From: Bacilli bacterium
GTDB taxonomy: Bacteria > Bacillota_I > Bacilli_A > RF39 > UBA660
Reading direction: 5' to 3'
Assembly (NCBI GenBank): GCA_017409025.1
Contig: JAFQTN010000007.1
Coordinates: 3,038 to 67,037, forward strand
Length of the DNA: 64,000 nucleotides
In this document: positions 53,437 to 64,000 of the stretch, in pieces
Position numbering within the stretch: position 1 is the first letter of the stretch
Layout of the letters: every line of letters starts with the position of its first letter
The notes under the pieces: model-generated
The model's database searches: none
Told to the model about the DNA's origin: nothing
Seen by the model: only the letters and a program-made list of their open reading frames with translations
Made by a program: the position numbers and the translations under genes

Positions 53437-54173
53437 TGATGAAAAAAATTATTGAGTTTTGTAAGGAAAAATATAAAATATTGATACCTTTTATGGTGGG
53501 GATAGTACTTCTTGTAACTTTAGTTTTCTTATATAAAGAGTATAGATATGAAAATACTAAAAATAAAAAAGAAATTAGTGTATATCAATATTTTGGTGGT
53601 ATTAGAACTGAATATACTGCTATAGTCACTTATAATCTAAAGGATATTCTTGTTGGTATTGAGGCTAAGGATAAAAAAATTGAATATGATTCTAAGCCTG
53701 TATATTATAAGGATGAGGATAAAGTAATATTTCCTAATGAGATGACTGCTATTTTTCCTTTAAATAATGGGTTGCAATATAAAATCTATAAATATGCTAC
53801 TTATTATAAGGAAAATGATTTACATTATATTAAGAATAGTAGTGATATTGGAAATTATAGTTATTTCTTCTTATATGATGGAAAAGATGTATTTTTCTTT
53901 CCGGATGAAGTAACACTTAATATTAATAATAAAAAATATAAAGATTTAGGTGCAATGTCTTATGTTACTTTAGTTGGAGGTACTACATTAATTTATTATG
54001 ATACATCTACAGATACATCTGAAGTAATTGAAACTGATAATGATATAGTAACTGTTACTAGTAATAATGTCAATGTAAATATTAGTGAACGATACTTTTT
54101 ATCTTTTGGTAAAAATGTATTATTATTTAGTCCTAATAATTTAAATCCGTTATCCAAAATGATTGACAAATAA
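53436..54173 (+). CDS. Membrane-anchored beta-rich hypothetical protein
   Basis: N-terminal TM; translationally coupled to upstream gene. Confidence 0.65.
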   Translation: MMKKIIEFCKEKYKILIPFMVGIVLLVTLVFLYKEYRYENTKNKKEISVYQYFGGIRTEYTAIVTYNLKDILVGIEAKDKKIEYDSKPVYYKDEDKVIFPNEMTAIFPLNNGLQYKIYKYATYYKENDLHYIKNSSDIGNYSYFFLYDGKDVFFFPDEVTLNINNKKYKDLGAMSYVTLVGGTTLIYYDTSTDTSEVIETDNDIVTVTSNNVNVNISERYFLSFGKNVLLFSPNNLNPLSKMIDK

Positions 54174-54192
54174 TTATAGCAAATGTTATAAT
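54163..54192 (+). promoter_or_regulatory. Consensus SigA promoter for ATPase-like cluster
   Basis: TTGACA-N18-TATAAT with extended TG. Confidence 0.7.
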
Positions 54193-54199
54193 GAAATAA

Positions 54200-54478
<279 letters not shown>

Positions 54479-54479
54479 G

Positions 54480-55244
54480 ATGATTGCTTTATTTGCATTT
54501 GTTTGTTTAATTGTTGCCTTTCTTATTTTCTTAATGTTTCTTATTCTTAGAAAGACTGTAAGGATCGTCAATGAACAAACAAAATCTTACTTTGTAAATA
54601 AGTTACAGGGTTATGACGATTTAATTTCTGAGAGAGAAAACAAACTATTAGAAATTGATGAATTAATTAAGAATAGAGAAATAGGGAAAAAGGAAAATAA
54701 AAAGGAACTTTCTAAGGGTGGTTATGCGTTTGATACTAATGTTATTGATTTGTTTAATTCTACACAGTATCAAGATAAAAATATATTTGAACTAAATAGA
54801 AAAATAGATGAAAATTTTGTAGTTAATTATGAAGAATTAGTTAAAGATTTTTTAACATTTTGTGATGATTCTAAAGATTATAGTTTTTGTTTAAATTTAA
54901 GAAATAAATTTAATAGTGATGAGATATATAGACTTAAAACTTTAATGAATTCAGAATTTGAGGATGAATTAAAAGTATTTTTAACTAGTAAGGAATATAA
55001 AGTATATGAAGCTTTTAAGTTAATTATTAATGAACATACTATTGAGAATTTTGTAATGTATTTAGATCAACTTGTAGATTTGAATAGTCCAATGGTAACT
55101 ATTTTGGTTGGTAGTAAGAATGAAAATTATGATCATTTAAGTGAATATATTGAAACTAAATACAACGATAGAATTTATAGAGGACTAAAAATTATATATA
55201 AAAATAGAGTATATGATTTTAGTTTAAGTGAAAGGAATATATGA
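54480..55244 (+). CDS. Peripheral-stalk-like b-delta fusion protein
   Basis: N-terminal TM and coiled coil; C-terminal IYRGLKIIYKNRVYDFSL resembles delta C-terminus (GGxxIxxGDxVxDxS); lies between c and alpha. Confidence 0.6.
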   Translation: MIALFAFVCLIVAFLIFLMFLILRKTVRIVNEQTKSYFVNKLQGYDDLISERENKLLEIDELIKNREIGKKENKKELSKGGYAFDTNVIDLFNSTQYQDKNIFELNRKIDENFVVNYEELVKDFLTFCDDSKDYSFCLNLRNKFNSDEIYRLKTLMNSEFEDELKVFLTSKEYKVYEAFKLIINEHTIENFVMYLDQLVDLNSPMVTILVGSKNENYDHLSEYIETKYNDRIYRGLKIIYKNRVYDFSLSERNI

Positions 55245-55245
55245 G

Positions 55246-58206
<2,961 letters not shown>

Positions 58207-58207
58207 T

Positions 58208-58744
58208 ATGGATGCAAATGTGATTTTAGAAAATATTATTAATTTCTTATTTGTTGCCTTAATATTTCTTGGAGTATTAGCTGTAACATTTAAGATAACT
58301 CTTAAAAATTATAATGTTAAAACTGGTAAATTAAAATTTTATGGATTATTTTTAGGAATGGATAATAAATCAATACTTGCATTTGGATCAATTACTTTGA
58401 ATTATATTTTCTTGATTTGGTGTACTGCTACATTTTCTGGTATGAATATCTTTTATATATTAATTACAACGATTTTTGTAGTACTATCTGATATTTTAAT
58501 TAAAGATTATAGACGTATACCAATAGATTTATTATTTACTTTAATAAATTGTGTATGTATGTTTGTTATAAGTTTAATTTATGATTATTTAGTTAATGAA
58601 TATACGACAATATTTTTACTTATAGTACTTGGATTAGTTATTATATTTGTATTTTTATATTTTACATATATTACATTTAAGTGGCTAAACAATATAGTAC
58701 TTAAACAGGAGCATTTACAAAAAAAGAATTATAAAAAACTATAA
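58208..58744 (+). CDS. ~5-TM membrane protein within ATPase-like cluster
   Basis: Five hydrophobic segments; no subunit-a RLxxN motif. Confidence 0.65.
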   Translation: MDANVILENIINFLFVALIFLGVLAVTFKITLKNYNVKTGKLKFYGLFLGMDNKSILAFGSITLNYIFLIWCTATFSGMNIFYILITTIFVVLSDILIKDYRRIPIDLLFTLINCVCMFVISLIYDYLVNEYTTIFLLIVLGLVIIFVFLYFTYITFKWLNNIVLKQEHLQKKNYKKL

Positions 58745-58760
58745 AAGGGGAAGTGAAATA

Positions 58761-59525
58761 ATGAAAATTAAAAACGTTGTTAAAGTTATGAACTTCCAAG
58801 CTCTTCTTAGAATGGATAAATCATTAAAAGAAGCGGATAAATATAGAAATGTTGGTAAAGAAGTTACTGATATATTAAGTAGGATTATGTATAATAAAAA
58901 CTTAATATTAGATAAGAAAATATTATTTCCAGAAGCTACTTTACCTGAACTTAATATATATATAGCTAATGATTATGGTTTTTGTGGGAATTTTAATTCT
59001 GGTATTAGTAAATGTATAAGAAATGATAAAGATGCTTACAAAATTATTATTGGTAAGAAAATAATTTATACTGATGATAAGGTATTGTTAAAAATAGATA
59101 AAGAGGATTTCTTAAAAAGATTTACTGAAATTGAAAATTGTATAGATAAGGCAGTAAAGTCGATGAATTATAGTAGAATTAATGTTTATTATAATCATTA
59201 TTATTCACTTACTTCATTTGAACTTTTAAAAATACAGTTATTTCCTGTTGAGTTTAAAGGAGAATATTATGAAGGTGAAGATTTTGTTGCTGAGACTAAT
59301 TTAAATAATATACTTGGTAGTTTGATGACATTTTATATATGTTATCAACTTAAGATGTGTGAGAGTATATCTTATGCAGCAGAGAATGTTTTAAGAACAC
59401 AAATTACTTCTTCGGCGTTAGAAAAAATTGAAGAAAAAGAAGAAGAACAAAAACATGAAGAAGCAAAGTTAAAAAAGGAAAAGAGTGTCTTGAAGAGTGT
59501 TGAAAACTTTAAAAAGATTGCTTAG
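58761..59525 (+). CDS. atpG: F1-like ATPase gamma subunit (divergent)
   Basis: KIKNVVKVM N-helix, ANDYGFCGNFNS (cf. SDRGLCGxFN), YNHY, SYAAEN..R C-helix. Confidence 0.8.
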   Translation: MKIKNVVKVMNFQALLRMDKSLKEADKYRNVGKEVTDILSRIMYNKNLILDKKILFPEATLPELNIYIANDYGFCGNFNSGISKCIRNDKDAYKIIIGKKIIYTDDKVLLKIDKEDFLKRFTEIENCIDKAVKSMNYSRINVYYNHYYSLTSFELLKIQLFPVEFKGEYYEGEDFVAETNLNNILGSLMTFYICYQLKMCESISYAAENVLRTQITSSALEKIEEKEEEQKHEEAKLKKEKSVLKSVENFKKIA

Positions 59526-59542
59526 ATATAGAGGTGATTATA

Positions 59543-61456
59543 ATGATAAGACAAAGTTTAGAATTTGATGATATATTAGAGAAGAAGTTTAAAATACTTA
59601 GAACTAGTATAATGTTAGGTAATTTAAGAAATAGGGAAGATACTTTAAGAGAGTATGAAGATACTGCTAGAGAGATAGATAAGATTAGAAAAAATGTTTA
59701 TGAAGAACTTTTAGCTAGTAAGTTATATACTACAATAACTTTAGAAGAAGAAGAAACTAGACTTAAAGATTTAATTACTTTTATTGAAAATAGAATACAA
59801 GAAAGAAATGACTTTGTAGACGATTATATTAAAATTACCTCAAACTTTTTAGATGGGCTTGATAAAGTTTCTTTAGAAAATGAATTAGATAATTATAAGA
59901 ATAGATATAGTAATATAGAAGAATATTTGAAAAATTGTGAACAAATAGAGTCTCTTAATAATAGGTTAAAAGAGTTAAGAGATGGACTTGAGGAAAAGTA
60001 TGAAAACAAAGCTAATAATGAAATAGTTAATTCTAAATTAGAAGAAGAATTAATTGATGAATTTAATAAATATATATCTAATTATGAATATTATTCAGAA
60101 TTAAATTATACGGATATAGATTTAGAACTTACTAAGATTGAAGAATCGTTGTTAGAAAAGAAGAGTGTATTAGATACATTTTTATCTTCATATCAAGCAT
60201 TAGTTAATGCTGGTATATCTGGTGCAGAGAGAGAAGAATATGCATCTTATGTATCTGAAGCTAGAGTTAATTATTATGAAGATTTAGAAAAGAAATATAT
60301 TTTAAATATATATAAACTAGTACTTGATAAACAAACAGATTATGAAAGATTATATGATAAGAGAAGTAGAATTGATTCTATATTAAACGAAAGAGAAGAA
60401 ATGAGAAATTCTCTTGATATAAGTAGAAGAGACGATTTTAAATATTTTGTTACTTTATGTAATGAACAATTTAGTATTATTAAATCTCAAAAATTTAATA
60501 TGGAAAGTATTGATAAATTAATATTAGAAATTTCTGAATGTGAAAATAAATTAACTGAATTAATGGAAACTAATAATAGAACTGAAATACAAGATATATT
60601 AACTGAATTTTCTGTTGATGCTCCGGAAATTGAAAAAATAGAATTACCAGATGAAAAAGAAGTTTATGAAGAGGTAATTAAAGACTTAGAAAAGAAACCA
60701 GATAATATGGTTGTTAGAATAAGGGATCCAATTAAGATAAATGTTAAGGGTGTTACTGATACTGCTAAATTAGTAATGAAGAAAGTAGTTATTGTGTTAG
60801 AACCTAAGAAATTTAATCAAAAAAGAAATAAATTAAAAGAAGCTGAATTAGAACTAGAAGAAGAGAAGAAAAATATAGAAGAGTCTATATTAGAAGATAA
60901 TTTAGTTACTGAGAAAGTTAATGAAAATATAGATAATCAAATAGATTCAGTAGAAGAAATTGATAAAGAAGAAATAGATACTGAAAATTTATTTGAGGAT
61001 GAGATAAAGATAGATACTAGTGGTAATACTGAAGATATATTCTTAGATGATGGTATTGGAATTGAACTTGATACTAAAGAAGTATTTGATAATGATGTAA
61101 CTGAGACTAAGGAGTTAACTGAAATTAAGATAAATGCTGATGATATATCAAATATGACTATTCCTACGGAGATATATGTAGAAGAACCACCTGTAGAACC
61201 AGAACCTGACTTATTTACAGTTACTGATCCATTCTTGGATGATAATGAATTTGAGGTGGCTCACGATAAAGTAAGTGAAGGTATTAAAGCTAATATGCCA
61301 ACTCTTGGTAATATTGGTACGGTTAGACCTACGAATGTATTATCTAAAATAGAGGATGTTGTTAGAAATAATGATGATATAATTCTTCCTAATTTAGGGC
61401 TAGTTGACAATACAAAACAAGAGGTTCCAATAGTTAGTGAGAATTATATAAATTAG
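59543..61456 (+). CDS. Long coiled-coil protein with very acidic disordered C-terminus
   Basis: E/K/L heptads over ~450 aa, D/E/P-rich tail; last gene of ATPase-like operon. Confidence 0.65.
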   Translation: MIRQSLEFDDILEKKFKILRTSIMLGNLRNREDTLREYEDTAREIDKIRKNVYEELLASKLYTTITLEEEETRLKDLITFIENRIQERNDFVDDYIKITSNFLDGLDKVSLENELDNYKNRYSNIEEYLKNCEQIESLNNRLKELRDGLEEKYENKANNEIVNSKLEEELIDEFNKYISNYEYYSELNYTDIDLELTKIEESLLEKKSVLDTFLSSYQALVNAGISGAEREEYASYVSEARVNYYEDLEKKYILNIYKLVLDKQTDYERLYDKRSRIDSILNEREEMRNSLDISRRDDFKYFVTLCNEQFSIIKSQKFNMESIDKLILEISECENKLTELMETNNRTEIQDILTEFSVDAPEIEKIELPDEKEVYEEVIKDLEKKPDNMVVRIRDPIKINVKGVTDTAKLVMKKVVIVLEPKKFNQKRNKLKEAELELEEEKKNIEESILEDNLVTEKVNENIDNQIDSVEEIDKEEIDTENLFEDEIKIDTSGNTEDIFLDDGIGIELDTKEVFDNDVTETKELTEIKINADDISNMTIPTEIYVEEPPVEPEPDLFTVTDPFLDDNEFEVAHDKVSEGIKANMPTLGNIGTVRPTNVLSKIEDVVRNNDDIILPNLGLVDNTKQEVPIVSENYIN

Positions 61457-61549
61457 ATATAAAAAATAATAAAAAAATGTGTTAATTAGTATTGCAAATT
61501 TTATAAAAATTTGCTACTATTAATATAGTAAAGGAGGAAATAAAAAATT

Positions 61550-62341
61550 ATGGAAAATAATGGAAGAGGAATTTTTTATGGAGTTATAGGTGTTGCAACT
61601 TTAGTTGTAGCAATAATTGGTGCTACATTCGCATACTTCTCAGCAAGTGCTGGTGGAAACGAAACAGTTACTGCTGGTGGTGCTACAATCGACTTAAAAT
61701 GGAGTGAAGATGTAACATTAATTCAAGATAACTTAGTACCAGTTGAAACTGGATTTGTTGATGAAAATCAAGAAGAAGGAAAACTTCAAAATACTGCTGC
61801 ACAATTTGCTACTTATGCAAATTTAGACCCTACTAAAGCAGCTACTACTTGGTGTCAAGATAAAGATGGTGTATACAATGTTTGTAGTGCATATAGCATT
61901 ACAATTACTAATGAAGGTACTGCTCCAATCACACTTGATGGAAGTTTTACTACTGTAAGTAATAGTGTAGAACATTTAAAATTTGCAATTTTTAGAGGAA
62001 CTGCTACAAATGTATTTTCTACTGCTAGTGTAGAAGGTGGCGAAATTGGTTGGGATGTTAATGCTGCTAAAGGACAAGCTGCAACTTCATATTTTGCTTC
62101 TGGAGTAGCGGATGGAGCTTTATTAGTAAGTGCTACAGATATAGCTTCAGGTGAAAATACTGTTGGTACTAAGTTGGATCTTACACTTGGAGCTGCAGGT
62201 TCTGGTACTGAAACAGCGACATTTACAATTCTTCTATGGATTGAAGAAATTGGTACTACTCAAAAATCAGGTGGAGATTTCATTGGTAAAGTAAACTTCA
62301 CTACTGCTGATGGAACTGGTATTACTGGTTTAATAGCTTAA
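61550..62341 (+). CDS. TasA/camelysin-like secreted protein with SipW-class signal peptide (candidate major fibre subunit)
   Basis: IIGATFAYFSA signal; own promoter (TTGCAA...TACTAT), AAGGAGG RBS and terminator; C-ending codons suggest high expression. Confidence 0.7.
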   Translation: MENNGRGIFYGVIGVATLVVAIIGATFAYFSASAGGNETVTAGGATIDLKWSEDVTLIQDNLVPVETGFVDENQEEGKLQNTAAQFATYANLDPTKAATTWCQDKDGVYNVCSAYSITITNEGTAPITLDGSFTTVSNSVEHLKFAIFRGTATNVFSTASVEGGEIGWDVNAAKGQAATSYFASGVADGALLVSATDIASGENTVGTKLDLTLGAAGSGTETATFTILLWIEEIGTTQKSGGDFIGKVNFTTADGTGITGLIA

Positions 62342-62384
62342 TAATTCTATAAAAAAATAATATAAAAAATAAATTCCAAAATTC

Positions 62385-62420
62385 AAACAAGATAAGAAAT
62401 TATCTTGTTTTTCCTTTTTT
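62385..62420 (+). terminator. Intrinsic terminator
   Basis: aaacaagataa-gaaa-ttatcttgttt followed by T run. Confidence 0.75.
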
Positions 62421-62466
62421 TATTTTGTATTAAAAATAATAATTCTTGGTAATATTTTATTAATTA

Positions 62467-62508
62467 AAAGTAATTATAATTTGATTTTACGAATAATACT
62501 ATTGAAGG
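62467..62508 (+). promoter_or_regulatory. cin-box/SigH-ComX-like promoter motif, copy 3
   Basis: AAAGTAATT...TACGAATAATACTATTGAAGG, core 21 nt identical to 4348-4368. Confidence 0.65.
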
Positions 62509-62516
62509 AGTAAGAT

Positions 62517-62810
62517 ATGGATTATTATAGTGAGATAAAAAATAAATTAATAGACAACGAAGTTTATTCAAGAGTTAAGGATTATTCGAAAGAAAGACAT
62601 AAGGTAATTACTTATTTTGAAACAGGTAGACTTTTGTCTGAGGCTGGAAGTGTTTAGGGTGAAGATATAATTGGAAAATATTCAGTCAAATTGATGAATG
62701 AGGTTGGCAAGAAATATGATAAAAGAACTTTGTTTAGAATGAAACAATTTTATTTTATTTTTAGTAATGAAAAAGTGTCCACAATGTGGACACAATTAAA
62801 ATTTAAATAA
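62517..62810 (+). pseudogene. Truncated DUF1016 N-terminal fragment, paralog of 4380 gene, with internal TAG
   Basis: MDYYSEIKNKLIDNEVYSRVKDYSKERHKVITYFE...; TAG at 62655-62657 where the paralog has Tyr; homology ends just after VSTMWTQL. Confidence 0.85.
62775..62793. repeat. Palindrome GTGTCCACA-A-TGTGGACAC
   Basis: Perfect 9-bp arms; covaries with the 4638 palindrome. Confidence 0.9.
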
Positions 62811-62834
62811 TTAGTCAGACATGTCTGACTAATT
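62809..62834. repeat. Perfect 26-bp palindrome AATTAGTCAGACATGTCTGACTAATT
   Basis: Read directly; lies 20 bp upstream of second DUF1016 gene. Confidence 0.9.
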
Positions 62835-62854
62835 TGAAAGGAAATTATTGATAT

Positions 62855-63853
62855 ATGATTGGTAATAATAAAATAGTTGAGGAAATTACACAATTAGTAA
62901 GTAATGTTAAAAATAATATAGCAAAAGAAATTAATAGATCTATTGTTTATGTATATTGGAACATAGGAAAAATAATTACTTCTAATGAAAATGAATTTAA
63001 TAATAGGTTAGAATATGGTAAAGAAATATTAAAAAGTTTATCAGATGATCTTACTAAGTATTTAGGTAAAGGATATTCTGTATCTAATTTAAAATATATG
63101 AGAATGTTTTATAAAAAATATCCAGATTTTGAAGTTGTTTCTAATCAACTAACGTGGTCACATTATTGCGAATTAATGATTATTGATGATCTAAATAAAA
63201 GAAGTTTTTATGAAAAAGAATGTATAAATTCTAATTGGTCTGTTAGAGAATTAAAAAGACAACTTGGAACATCTTTATTTGAAAGATTATTATTATCTTC
63301 TGGTAAAAATAATAAGAAAAAAGTAATGGAATTGTTGCATGTTGGACAGGTTATAAATAAACCTACTGATATTATTAAGGAACCATATGTGTTTGAATTT
63401 TTAGGAATTAAAGAGAACAAACCAATATTAGAAAGAGATTTAGAATACAAATTAATTAAACATATAGAGTATTTTTTATTGGAATTAGGAAAGGGTTTTA
63501 TGTTTGTAGGAAGTCAACAAAGAATTACGATTAACAATATAGATTATTATATTGATATGGTATTTTATAATAAGTTTTTAAAATCATATGTTTTGATAGA
63601 TCTAAAAATGGACAAGTTAAAAGCAGAAAATTTAGGACAAATGAATTTATACTTGAATTATTATGAACAAGTTGTTAATAGTGAAGATGATGGAAAACCA
63701 GTTGGAATAATATTGTGTGCTGAGAAAGATAATATAATGTTGGAATATGCTTTGGGTGGTCTTTCTACTAATATATTTACATCAACTTATACTTATTATA
63801 TTCCAAATAAGGATGATTTAATAAGTGAAGTGGAAAAGGTGTTAAATGAATAA
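62855..63853 (+). CDS. YhcG/DUF1016 family PD-(D/E)XK nuclease domain protein
   Basis: YWNIG, LTWSHY, WSVRELKRQ, IKEPYVFEFL, FLLELGKGF.FVG.Q, GQMNLYLNY, GIILC. Confidence 0.92.
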   Translation: MIGNNKIVEEITQLVSNVKNNIAKEINRSIVYVYWNIGKIITSNENEFNNRLEYGKEILKSLSDDLTKYLGKGYSVSNLKYMRMFYKKYPDFEVVSNQLTWSHYCELMIIDDLNKRSFYEKECINSNWSVRELKRQLGTSLFERLLLSSGKNNKKKVMELLHVGQVINKPTDIIKEPYVFEFLGIKENKPILERDLEYKLIKHIEYFLLELGKGFMFVGSQQRITINNIDYYIDMVFYNKFLKSYVLIDLKMDKLKAENLGQMNLYLNYYEQVVNSEDDGKPVGIILCAEKDNIMLEYALGGLSTNIFTSTYTYYIPNKDDLISEVEKVLNE

Positions 63854-63883
63854 TTTTTTTGTATATAACAGGTTGTTGTATTT

Positions 63884-64000
63884 ATGATTGATTTTAAGAA
63901 AATACCTAATCAAGATAAACCAAGGGAAAGACTTTATGTTTATGGTAGTGAAAACTTATCTAATGAAGAATTAATTTCTATAATACTTAGGACGGGAACT
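63884..64000 (+). CDS. radC: RadC (JAB domain) N-terminus, runs off window end
   Basis: MIDFKKIPNQDKPRERLYVYGSENLSNEELISIILRTGT matches RadC PRERL...LSxxELLxIxLRTG. Confidence 0.88.
   Translation, partial: MIDFKKIPNQDKPRERLYVYGSENLSNEELISIILRTGT

Noticed and set aside
62655-62657. TAG readthrough or recoding in the DUF1016 fragment
   Set aside because: Fragment is also truncated 150 nt later and TAG is used as a normal stop elsewhere; simple pseudogenisation is more likely

Overview
Very AT-rich chromosomal window from a walled, low-GC Bacillota genome. It carries murE, mraY, a PBP and ftsW and uses TGA as a stop. The gene style suggests an uncultured RF39-like Bacilli lineage (inference). 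The first ~44 kb is mostly housekeeping (lspA, rluD, cca, ftsY, murE, clpP, uvrB, yvcK, ftsW, mraY, whiA, tyrS, folD, helD, glyS) with interspersed orphan genes. Main highlights: (1) At 44.2-62.3 kb lies an atypical F1Fo-like ATPase cluster (c, b-delta fusion, alpha, beta, short epsilon, 5-TM protein, gamma, acidic coiled-coil). Its c subunit lacks the ion-binding carboxylate and no subunit a is recognisable. It sits among giant membrane-anchored FN3/GS-linker surface proteins and TasA/SipW-class fibre subunits, so it is a candidate ion-uncoupled rotary motor for a surface appendage. (2) Three dispersed YhcG(DUF1016)/Bro-N genes share a 21-nt upstream motif containing the cin-box TACGAATA. Each carries an in-frame DNA palindrome, and two paralogous copies differ by compensatory substitutions. 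(3) A C-type-lectin-fold surface protein shows a DGR variable-region codon signature. (4) Orphan genes are inserted between T-box leaders and tyrS/glyS. (5) There is a candidate ~105-nt sRNA. All calls come from motif reading only; no database searches were run.
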